64,000 nucleotides of DNA from Basidiobolus meristosporus CBS 931.73 (Eukaryota; Fungi; Basidiobolomycota). This document shows positions 48,172 to 59,216 of the stretch, in pieces. The stretch spans positions 40,840 to 104,839 of the forward strand of contig MCFE01000278.1 in NCBI GenBank assembly GCA_002104905.1, written 5' to 3'. The translations under genes were made by a program, and so were the position numbers. The stretch's first letter is position 1, and every line of letters begins with the position of its first letter. The notes below the pieces were generated by a model, which worked only from the letters and a program-made list of their open reading frames with translations, searched no databases and had not been told where the DNA came from.

Positions 48172-50143
48172 TTAATCAACAAAAACTATGGCTTCCTGCT
48201 TACTAACCTCTACAAACATGCACACCTGCCGCAATTGACTTTCCTCTAACAAATTAACTTTACGGCTTTTTAGTGTGATACTTGCAATGTTGCCATATAC
48301 CTTGTACTGCTGGTAACATATACATCTTGCAAATATAAGCTGGGTTGTCACCACATCTGCAATGAATACCTCCTGAATATATGCAAGAACATCTTGGTAT
48401 TTAGCCAGTATATTCCCTCTCCCTGCTGGATTCTAGTCCCCCTTATAGGTGCGCTCTGGCTTGCGTTTGTGTGAATTCTGTATTGAATTGTGTAGAGGTT
48501 GGCTTTTGACTATGAGAAGTCAGGCATACCTGGGTAGAGCTTTCCTGATAAAAATTAGTTGCTTGTTGCACCCAACCCAACTTTGCATTATACCCATACA
48601 ATGGGGCTGCTTAGCTTCTTAATGACATAGACATAGGTGTCTCCATGTGCACATTTGTTATCAGTATTTTCTAACTCTTCTTGGCTTTCCTCCATGTGCC
48701 AACTCATCACATCCATGACAGACTTGAAGGTAATATTCTTAATGAGATTGGGATATGGTGGTACCTGCAACTTGACATGTCTCCCTATCTCCTCACACAT
48801 CTGCTCCATAGGAAACTCTTAAAAGGTGAAGCAGGTCCCAATATTCTCCACACACTGTGCAAGATGGAGTAGGGAATGGATACAGTAGCAGCAGAGATCT
48901 ATGCATTCAGCTTTATGGTTGTAATATAGCCACTCAAATCCCATCACAAACTCCTTACACAACAGCTGTGTATGAAGCAATTTGGCATTGGTGATCTGCT
49001 ACTGGATAAATACTCCTAAGATGTCCATATATGACTCCCAATGCTTCCAATGTACTCTTGGTAGGAGTGGCTTCACAAGGTCATTCAAATATATATATAT
49101 CCAGTTCAATCAGTTGTTTCATTTATATTGTTGCATGTGCATATGAATATTAATTGGAGCTTTTGAGAGGAACTTATGGTAGTGAATACTCTGTAATACC
49201 ATGCCAATTCTTTCAAATTTCTCTTTTATCTCAAAGGTTTCATTTGGCTTGAAATGCCCCATGTAGAACTTGGTCATCAGTATAGGGATATTGTTGAAAA
49301 GCAAATGCATTTCTCCTAGTGGAAAGCTTTTGCTCCAACAGACACCCTCTATCTTAAGTAACTCTGGTCTCCAATTGATTCCATATCCTTGCTAATGGCT
49401 TATAACTTGGCAACTTTGCTGCAATTGCATGCTGACTTCTGTACTTTCTCTATGTGGAAAGATACAGGTAGCTATCCAGATTGGACAGTGATTTAGGCCC
49501 AGATACCAGTGAGACTACCATCATATTGTTGCTCTGATACCGTAAGATGGGTGGCAGATTCAGATTGATGAGAGTCAGTGGCCAGCAGAACATGCTGGTA
49601 GAGTACTGGTATCCTTGGCATTTGTTTCAACAGGTGTTGTCTCAATGCATATAGGGATTTGACCAGGCCTGTATGTGGAGCTGTTGTTAGGGGCAATAGC
49701 CTCAAAATCTATCAGTGAACCTTCCTTGTCAGAGCTATCACTCTGTGTGCCATATTCAGAAGGCTGAGGTGAGCCTAAAGGCATCACAAACTCACCTGAA
49801 TCAGTTTGCGCAAGGTGAGAAAGATGGCCAGGAGCCAATATAGAAGTATCAACTGGCTGGCAAGATAATGTTGGTATAGTAGTGATCAATGAATGGTCAA
49901 ATATGACTTGGGTGGCAAAACACTGGCCGTGATCCTTGTAATACTTCCTATGCTGTATGTATGCTTCATGGCTGAGAGGCTTGCCACAATGGCCATGTGG
50001 TCTTTTTTCTCTTTTCTTACAGTGTTGAGTCAAAGTAGTCTTGTCTGTGGGGTAAACAGTTTGACCTTCAACAATGTAACACTTTTATACCACTTTTTGG
50101 TCAATACTCAAGTGAACTTAAGACAGTCTTGTTTTTGAGACAT
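48172..50143 (-). pseudogene. tnp2-type transposase of copy E, with two internal deletions
   Basis: N-terminal HCGKPLSHEAYIQHRKYY block (49575-50033) and MEQMCEEIGRHVKLQVPPYPNL (48588-48809). Lacks the YIPV..DG segment and the DTPA..CxxC segment seen in copy A. Start position uncertain. Confidence 0.75.
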
Positions 50144-50338
50144 TGCACCTACATGAATGTAAGATTCAATGATGACCTGCCATAGTAAGCATTATAAATA
50201 AAGTTGTGGCAACTCATACACACATATATGCAATACTGCTTCCCCTTTGGTTTGATTCACCTCCATATATATGCTGCCAAAAAGTAAAGCAAAGTTGTCA
50301 GGTTCCCACCAAACCCCACTGCTGACAGTCACAGAAGA

Positions 50339-52278
50339 ATGGTTAGACAACAGCTTGCTTTGACATTCAGTGCAACATGCCAGGCTACATCCAAAAAAGA
50401 CCCTATGGACAGTGTGCCCATTGAAGGTAATAATGTGGACACCTTGGGCTCTCAGTCAGGTGGGCAACTGAGAACCTCTGCAAAGCCACAAGTTGACCAT
50501 TATGCTCAGGCAGATAAGAATATAGCAAATACAGCACCCTCAGTTGAAGACCAGCAAGTGGTCATGATAACATCACCACCACCCGTATTAGCAAACATGT
50601 TGTCAGCTCATATGAAAGCATTAATGAAGCAGCTAGGTGCAGTAGCTGATAGGATAGATGCAATGGCCCAGAGATATCAGGAAATAGTCCAGAAGCAGGA
50701 TGAGTGTATAATAAATGCAGAACAATCAATGTTCCAGGTAGAGAAAGCAGTATCTTTGCTGCAAAGAAGGAACTCAGGTAGCTCAGTGTCACAGCCAAGA
50801 ATTGAGCCATTTCCCAATGTAACAGCAGAGAAACACCATACGGTCTTGGAAGCACAACACAGTGCCCAAAGATAAAGCCCACAGAAAACCAATCACAGTG
50901 TGGTGTCTATACCAAAGCCTAAAAATCAAATGACATTGGAGATCTGTGAAGCCGTTGAGTGCAATAATGAAGAGTGGGCTAATATACAAGAGGCTGTCAG
51001 AAGTCTAGCATGCCATCACCATAAGGCCGGCATACTATGGGACCATCAGGAACTCAAGGCCAAGCAGAATGCACTTGACTTGATCCATGAGTATTATCCT
51101 GGATTCAATTGGGCAAACATATTTTGAGCCAGCATTAGTATGCTAAGAAAGTATCTTAAGAATAGCAGAAACTATCAAAGGGAGAAGAACAAGGGTGCCA
51201 TGGCTAAAACCAGCAGCTTCCTCAAGAGCCTGATACAAGCAGGGCCAAAAGCTCCAGACAAGAGTCAAAGAGATGTCAGACAGCTGGAAGAGTGCCAATT
51301 AGGGACAAGCAGTCAGACATGGATGCACCAGCACAACATGTATCAAGGAAAAAGCATAGTACCACTCAAGAAGAACCCAGTCAAAGTAGCAGTGAAGGTC
51401 CTGGCAGTGATAAAACCTGCTGCAACTACAGTTAAGAGCTCAAAACAAGCAGAAAAGAAACATCAGGCTGCCAAAAGAGTGCCAGCAAGGGACAAGCAGG
51501 CCAAAACAGATGCATCAGAGCAGAAAATTTCCAAGAGAGAATGTAGTTCTTTACAAGAAGCACTCAGACATAGTAGCAGTAAAAGACTTGGCATTGATAA
51601 AGGAAATGGTAAAGGGAAAAATGTCTGCTCAAGCCTGAGACAGGGAGGCATGCAAAAAAAACTGCAGTTCTTGCCAATTAACACCACAAGCCTGGAACAG
51701 ACTGAATCCCATCATAGCCAAGAAGAATTACCAACAAGAAAACAGCTGTTTTCACAAGAGCTGCAAGCACAGCCAGTTGTGCTCCAATCCAGCAAGGTAG
51801 ATAAGTTTGCAGAAAAAGGCAATTTGTCTACCACAGCCTCCACACTCTCTATTGTTGGCAGTGTGGAGATCCCACTGACCTACAAGACTACAGCATCAAG
51901 AGTTCAAAAGACTATCACCATGCCTTCAGTAGAATCTTGGACCATAGAAAGCACACCAAGAGGTAGCAGCACTTCCTCAAGAGCAGTGCTCAAGAAAATG
52001 CACTGGAATATTACAAGGATTTATTTTAAAAACTGGCAGATGAGGGGCTAGACCTTGCAGTGCTGGCTGAAGACCAGGACATGTGGAAACCAGTGAATGA
52101 ACAGTGGCATAAAGACATTGGGTTCCTGCCAAAGTTGTGGAACCAGAGTATTACAGCTGAAATACTTGTTGATTGGTGGATTTTAATGGTGTTACTTGCT
52201 GAGTGAGTGGTTGGGCTTAATGTTAGTGTAGGGTATAGAGACTTGCTTAGGTCATCACAATTGGCAATTGAGGTATAA
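50339..52278 (+). pseudogene. Accessory gene of the CACTA-like element, copy E
   Basis: ORFs 50339-50875, 50900-51127 and 51140-52051 are collinear with copy D. Ends QLAIEV stop at 52278. Confidence 0.75.
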
Positions 52279-55200
52279 CTGAAGTTTCAATGGAAATAAA
52301 TCCATTTGTACGCAGGAAAAGTCAGAGAAATGGCTGAGTCAGGAAGTAAGGGGTGGGAAAAAGAGGCAATTGCCAATCAATGCACACAAACATAGGAGGC
52401 AACAGCGTGTATGGGATTAGAAAGTGAGCATATTTGCAGGGAACCAATCAAAAGCCACTTATACATTGTTGCAATGAAAAATTTTGACCAAGTTTTTTGT
52501 GAAGCCTGAGGTGAAAATACTTTTCAACGGTCTCTGGATGGTGTCCTGACACGATTGATACCTCTTAGTCACAGGACTTAAACTTTGTGATGGCCTTTTG
52601 ATGAGATCATCTTAATAATTTTTCATTGGGTCTCCTGGGTGGATGTTTGTCATGGTTTTCAGCTGCTGTTGTGGAGAGGTGACAACTCTTCTAGGTATAA
52701 GCTGTGGCTTCACTTGCCCAAAGAGGAGGTCACCTTGAGGTAGTAGTAGTGTTCCTTCTTTCTGAGTTTTCTGAGCTCACCAGGTTCCATCCAGCTAGGC
52801 TTCTTTAGTTTCTTTAGATACTTGGTAATTAGGTCCCAGGTAGTTCTCTCCTGGCTTTTTATGGCAATCTGCCAGATCTCTGCATCAATCACATTGTCAA
52901 AGTGGGGGTCCAAGTCCTCAAATAATTATGTCCCCTTCCTGCATTAGGCATCAGCCACAACATTTGTCATGCCAGGGATATGTCTGACCTCTAAGTCAAA
53001 CGTATTTGGCCATGCCATGCATTGGTTAGTGCCATCATCAGATAGGCCAGGTTTATTGATCTCTCCTACAAATGGCTTGGAATCTGCCTCCAGAATGAAT
53101 TGTGTCATGTAGAGCTGTGACTTCAGTTTCCTCAGCTTCTTCACAATCCTGGCAGTTCTCTCTTAATCAGAGAGTATCTTTATTCTCTGGGAGAGAATAG
53201 ACAGTTCTGATGCCTGCAGGCATAGCAGTTGCCAACTTGGTCATCTTGGCAAAGTAGAGCTCCAGCTCCTATACGGCTTGCATCACCTGTCAATATATGT
53301 TGGCATTTAGTGCTCTGATAGTTGTCTTAGAAGTGGGGGGATATCAAGGCCTCTTTTAGTAACTACAGTACATCTTCTTGCTCTTCTTCCTAGATGAATG
53401 ATGTGCTCTTTCTTTGTATCTGGTATATTGGTTCTGCTTTTTCAGAAAATCTTGGCATCCAGACCCTAATGTACCCACAAGCTGCTACAAAGCCACTTGC
53501 TTGGGTCAGTTGCATATCATTTGTGTCTTGAAGTCTCCAGGAGAATGACCATAAAAGTTGCATCTTTATCCAACAATGGATGTCTTTGATATAGCAAAAT
53601 GCTCTTCTCACCACTGATAGTAAGTTCTGCTTCTTCAATGGCTTCTAATAAAGCAATATTGTCCAAGATGCAGATTGTACATCTTGTATAAACCGGAGTT
53701 TTCATTCTTCTTTTTGATCACACAGCATCTATTAGCATAAGGTTCATGGCAGGGCACCAGGGTACTAGCTTCAATGTTCTTCTTAATTAGGGCATGCACA
53801 TCAGCTTGAAGTCCTCTGCGCAGTGGGTAAGGCTTAAATTACCTGGGTGTGTGGGGCACTGTATAAATCTTAATAGGTATTTCAACTGACATCCTGAAGA
53901 GTCTCATATCCTAATTGTTACAACAGAAAACCTCATCATGCCTTTTCAAGGTTTTCTCAAATAGTAAGATTTACTCTGGTGCAAGATTTACATATCAAAC
54001 AATAAGTTGCTGAAGTCTCTCAGGTGTAAGTCATATATCTTCTGGTGCTTCCTCTGGTGGTCTTATGTTATTAGCAGGTCAAGATCCATCAGTTAGAGGT
54101 GTAAGAGATGGTGTAATCTTCTGTTCAGCTGTGTATTATTTTGTTTTAGCTATAGCAGTTTGCTCCTTTATACCTTATGAGCAGCTCCAGATGTGGCAAT
54201 GTAGGTCAGGCTCATCATTTTCCTCCATGGCAATAAGTGTTTTCTGGCAAGCAGTATGTGACATCTGTTTGTTAGGTGTTAAGCTACAGAAGGTTTACTG
54301 TAGTCCTGGGTTAGATCCATTTATAGTGTACAATAATGCGCCATTAGAGTAGTTGGTGATAGTAGCCCTGGTACAGGTCTCCCATGGGCTACCTTGCTGG
54401 AGGTCAAAGTTAGCCTTCTATGTATCAGTTATGTTCCATCCAATATATTTATAAACAGACAGCAATTACTTGTTTCTAAGTGCCCTCCAGTACTATAGCC
54501 ACATAACACATATCTCTGAGCCACTGTCAATATGGTAGTCAACAGGGTTATGGTATACATATCCTTTAACCATAGCATTTGCAAATAAGTAAAAGGTCTT
54601 ATATCCACTACAATCTTTATTTTTCTGGTGGTCTTCATGATCTGTTTGAACAATATGGATGTCCATATGCTGAACTGCTTGAAGTTGCTCATTGAAGGTC
54701 CTTGTAACTGATAAGATACACTCATGATCTCTCTACCCAAAAATGTGAGGTTCTGTTTCAGCAGCTTCTCAGTAATTGATTAAGGGCTTGGGTAACTTGC
54801 AATCTTTGAGGTCATCCAAAAGTGAGGCAGCAGATCTTGTGGACAGCATACTTTGCCTCTTGTCAATGACTACCTCAGGCTCTTTAAATTGGGGTCTTCT
54901 GAGGAAGTGTTTGGCAGGTTTTTGTGGAAGGTGTCTCTTGGAGGCAAAGGCATCAACATTATATTGACTATTGTCAGGGCCACTTGTTTTTACTGCATGT
55001 GTCCCAATACAGGCATGAAAGGTTATCTTCCTGGTTGCTGAGTCAGAATTCTGGAACAGGGCTCTCATCCCTCCTTTGTGGAAATTAGTAAGAATCCTCC
55101 TACCTTCCTTGTCAGCAAGCATTTCATTTGCATCAAACTGTACAGTTCCATCTCTAAGTAGTTGACTAAGTTCTGGGTATATGTAGTACTCTTAAATAAA

Positions 55201-55899
55201 GTAGGGTATAATTAATGCAACAAATAAGCATGTATTGTTGTTAACTGGCTTATGGTATAGTACTGATCGGATAGGACAAATGGGATATAACTAAATAAGG
55301 GTAGTGGAGCAATAGGGAAGTAGAAAATATGGGAATGGCACATCTGTCAGTGGGTGTCACTCTGACCTTACTACACTACTGTTGGTATTCTTCCTCTTGA
55401 AGTCCACCTTCTGACTCCTCAACATAGTAGACTTACACTATATTATGTCAGGGCATACGACACAATACATGGTTGTTAAGAACAGTTGCAAGCAAAGCTG
55501 TAGCTACTAGTTTGCAGGATTGCCCTTTGCAATTACACACTATGGCACAATCTGACTTAATGAGTGGCATGGATGGTGCACCAACTTGTAATGCTTGCAT
55601 CATGCGCACAATTGGATACTACCATTATAGTAGGCAAAATCCAGTATTTGGATATGCTACTTTGCTATAAATGGAAATAAAAGCATATTGCCCTATGAAC
55701 TACACTTATACTTACCATCTTGGTTACTTCCACTCCACTTGGACAGTATGTCAGTGGCTAATTGGTCACAAAGTATCCTGAAGCTGTGAGCCCCCAGTTG
55801 TCTCATTGATCAATACACAAGCTACCTGAGCTACCATCAAATATGCCATTTTGCCCATTGAGCAAGTAAATTCCTGATTTTGGTGATGTGTGTGGAAGT

Positions 55900-56469
55900 G
55901 TGTCTTTTGTAGCAGGTATGCACATACATAGAGATTAGTAAGCAGGAGGCCATAGTTTTTTTGATTCAAGCTATATGTGGGATACCCATGGTGGTAGTGG
56001 GTAAGTCAATAAGTTGGGATGCTTCTTCAGTGGCTTATAGAGATGGTAAAAGGGGAGATAACAAAAGGAAATAACAATTGGTAAGTTGGAATGATAACAT
56101 TGTACAGAACTAGCTGTAGAATACTGAGCTGCCATTACAATGCCAGTAGGGGTCCATGATGAAGCTGTTGGAACATCATCAAGCTTCTTGCAATATAAGG
56201 GAATTGGATGTATTGGCTGCTTAAATAGATGTAAAGTAGAATAAGACCATTGGAATGTTATGCATTCCTTGTTAAAAGACTGCTTTGATACTGTCAAATT
56301 TTTAACATCAATTGATGTAAATTCAGCAAAATGCAATTATAATTCCATCATAAGATTGTTTAGAGGGCCCATAACTCCAAGCTGCCAGCATTGTGATGGC
56401 CTCACTGCAGGATCCTGACAGCTGATCTTGGTTGGATCCACCCTCAGGACTAAATTATTTTTCACAGGG
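55900..56469 (+). mobile_element. Terminal fragment of the CACTA-like element
   Basis: Transposase C-terminal sequence at ~55900-56000. Subterminal CCAAGCTGCCAGCATT and terminus AATTATTTTTCACAGGG. Confidence 0.65.
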
Positions 56470-56955
56470 GCAGTACCCATAAGTGTGTATTACATTAATT
56501 GATAACAATGCAAAACGCTTGATTGGAATATAAGAGTGACTTAAGAGGAGGCAGAGAAATTATGTATTCAATGGTCAAATGATAGTACTGAACTACATTG
56601 AAGAGGCAATTACAGTCATACATCAGTCTTCAGGCCATCTTATATATGGTATATCACATTGTAACCTTGCTGAGAGGATCAACAGTTCTAAGCTGCTGGT
56701 ATTATAATGATGTGGGCAAGCAACATCCAAGCCATAGATTGAGCTTGTAAGGTTACTGTCCAAGTAGCACAAAGTTGACTCTGGTCAAGACATCTGGCAT
56801 CTCACAGCTCTCAGGGACCAGTCACACATACTTTAAGAACATGTTTCTAACAAATTAGTTCAATGAGTAATGTTGATTCTTAGGTCAATTGGATAATAAT
56901 CTTATTCTGTTTAATAATGTCAAGCTGAGCCATGTTACATCCAGTTTCAAGCAGA

Positions 56956-58690
56956 TTATTTCAGAGTTTGCAAAGCCTTGGAAGTTTGCATATTCAGCAT
57001 CATAATATCAATGACAACCTTGTTGATCGCCACATGATGATCCAAGTTGATAATTGATTGCCCAATTTGATGACATTGATCCAATCACATAATGGCTAGT
57101 AGTAGTATGATTGAATAATCGGAATTCACCGGCGGTTTGATGAGCTTGTTCCAGTAATAAAACCATACGATTAGTTGATAGAATAATTGATCGAGTGAGC
57201 CATACATGGTGTCCGAAGATTCTCCACATTGTTAATACGGGTGAAAGTTACCAGCCTGGACGTATACACAGTGCTCCAATGCGATATCGGCCATATGGAA
57301 TAGGGTCACGCAGAATGTAAGTAACACGTAAGTTATTCAGAACGCCGTGCCGATGCAATGAGTAAAACACATTTTTCCTTATACAAGCATTCCATAATCC
57401 CTGAGCGGAATCCTGATATCCCTGACCCAGTCAACCCAACAACCAATACTCCAGTACCACATAGCTTACCCATCTGCAACCAGGGCAGAGACCGACCTCG
57501 AATACATTGCCCATGCTCAAATGAGTGCTCTCGTAGTAACACCCTAACACTTGATATTCCACCATTCCAGCGATTCCACTTGCATCGTCCAACGCTAGGA
57601 AAGTGTCGTCATATTCAGGCTCCTTCAACCAGTAGCGTTCCAGGTACCTATCATAGCACGACAAGCCCCTGACACGTGTGCGTAACTCCAATGGACCCAA
57701 ACAGCCAGTTTTAATGCTGACGTTTGCCCATAGGGCAACGCTTTTTGCACCCTCCTCCATATGGTCATCACGCAGCCACATCAATGCATCAAGTTGGCCA
57801 GCAGCCTTTCCCAGCAAGTGCAGCCATCCTACTTCATTGGGTCTGCTAAACTATGGAGTAATCCTGCCCCAGAGCCAAGTCTGATATTGATAGCAAGATC
57901 CCCTTGATCCGCACTATCGTTGGCAAACCAATATTCATGCCCTATAGCTGATTTTGTATACTTGCTGACCATCGATCGGAGAATGACTGCTTTACGCGAT
58001 GGTATTGCTCTCCGCTTGGTAAGATGGGTATTGTGGGGTGAATGCCCTTGGGTTTGGGCACATGGCTGACTCCCAGGGCGATATAACAGCCGACGTGTGA
58101 TCTGATCGCCTCGTTTACCAATTGATCTATGTAACAGATAGCCTTTTCTATGCTGTCTTGCTTGGTAATCGTTCCTAGCACTGCACTCACAGCGTTCTTG
58201 ACTCCTTTGGCTTTGGCTTGAAGTCTTTCCGCACTAGTAGTGGCCTTCCAAAATCCTGGGCTGCAAAGAACTACTTGCTTCCAATCCGACTCGTTGCCAC
58301 ACAGACATCACTTCAGATTCGTATGCAAGTGGCCGCTCTCCCACTTGGTCCGGGCGCACATCTCACCGAGGTCTGTGGCTGTTTCGCACTTGCCGACAAA
58401 GTTGGCCTCTTGTATTCAGTCACAAGACTGGCATTTGACCTTGATCCCACTAAACCCCGATTCACCGCAAAGTTCGGAGCTTGGGATTCCTCAGCAACAT
58501 TTCCTTCAAGCCTGACCCCATTGATCAGAGCAGCATCAGATATCCGGTCGACAGAAGAGCCATATCCGTCATATTCATGAAGTGCTGGCGAATATGCACA
58601 TTTCTCTTCGAACTCTCCACATATTCGCCTATTCTTATACAAGACAAGGGTTTGGCGTTTTATGCTTTCCCCGTATTGGAGCGCATCCAT
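56956..58690 (-). CDS. Unidentified host-type gene (multi-exon and/or frameshifted), boundaries uncertain
   Basis: CpG-rich. Long open segments on the minus strand at 58313-58732, 57942-58290, 57431-57840 and 57256-57420. A clear 48 nt intron GTAAGC...TTGAC..TCAG at ~57421-57468 joins ..GLCPGCRW to GYQDSAQGLW... Family not recognised. Confidence 0.5.
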
Positions 58691-58800
58691 GTGATTCGAG
58701 AGCCTAACAACTTGAAGTCCGTTGTCGGCCACCTCGTGTCTTCGGGACCCCCGCTTTGCAACTTTTGTACCGCAATAATTGGGCCTCTAGCTTCCGAGAG

Positions 58801-58965
58801 CGGGGAGCAATCCTCTGCTGCGGGCGGATATCTATATGAGTCATAACATCCTTGGTATTACTTGCTAGTAAAGCTGATTGTGACCTCCTTTTTACAAGAT
58901 CTTGGGCAACCGAAAGCGGGGGACAATCCCCTACTGCAAGCTGATTTCCATGTGAGTCACATCAT
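58801..58965. promoter_or_regulatory. 49 bp imperfect direct repeat in the divergent promoter, each unit with a TGAGTCA (AP-1/Gcn4-type) site
   Basis: Units start at 58801 and 58917 (37/49 identical). ATGAGTCAT at 58836-58844 and GTGAGTCAC at 58952-58960. Confidence 0.55.
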
Positions 58966-59216
58966 ACAAGGGTTAGATTGGAACCCACATATTATAATTA
59001 ATTTTTAGCCGAGCTCGTTGTAACATGTAACCGATTGAAACCCCCTTGCTAGAATAAATTATGAGGGGTGCACATTGCTGATTCGGTGTTGCTTCGTTTT
59101 CCATCACGATTTCAATGTCAGGAGTAGATGCGATCTTGGGCCTACGATACGAATGACGAATACCGTCTCAGATGCGAACTATAAAAGCCCTACGGGTGCG
59201 GTGGTTGGCGCCGAAA

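Larger units (their letters stand above)
47659..52630 (-). mobile_element. CACTA/EnSpm-like copy E, both ends present, uninterrupted but internally deleted
   Basis: Termini CCCTATGAAAA (47659) and TTTTCATTGGG (52630). 3 bp TSD TCT at 47656-47658 and 52631-52633. Divergent transposase and accessory genes. Confidence 0.9.
47230..55400 (-). mobile_element. Degenerate Gypsy element (family 4), present as 52631-~55400 (gag, PR, RT, RH) and 47230-47658 (IN), split by CACTA copy E
   Basis: HIDSGSEICV protease, FDLEVRHIPGMTNVVADA RNase H, and GG.KGQETTY...RYYW...SCVACQ integrase zinc finger. The frame continues across the CACTA insertion. Confidence 0.78.

Noticed and set aside
1-57000. Repeat-induced point mutation (RIP) as the cause of TE decay
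   Set aside because: Many stops fit CAA/CAG/TGG changes, but these are the commonest nonsense transitions anyway. In the LTR pairs only a minority of changes are CpA>TpA, transversions are common and divergence is low. CpG loss explains the pattern better; RIP indices would be needed to revisit this.
57008-57229. ORF MWRIFGHHVWLTRS as a stand-alone small gene
   Set aside because: It overlaps the probable 3' exons of the larger minus-strand gene, and another frame (GESSDTMYGSLDQLFYQ...) is equally plausible. There is no independent support.
57850-58260. Resemblance of the unknown protein to chorismate-binding enzymes (GDLAINIR..G.G) or pelota/eRF1 (SPGF)
   Set aside because: Only 4-8 residue similarities with none of the other family motifs; not enough for a call.
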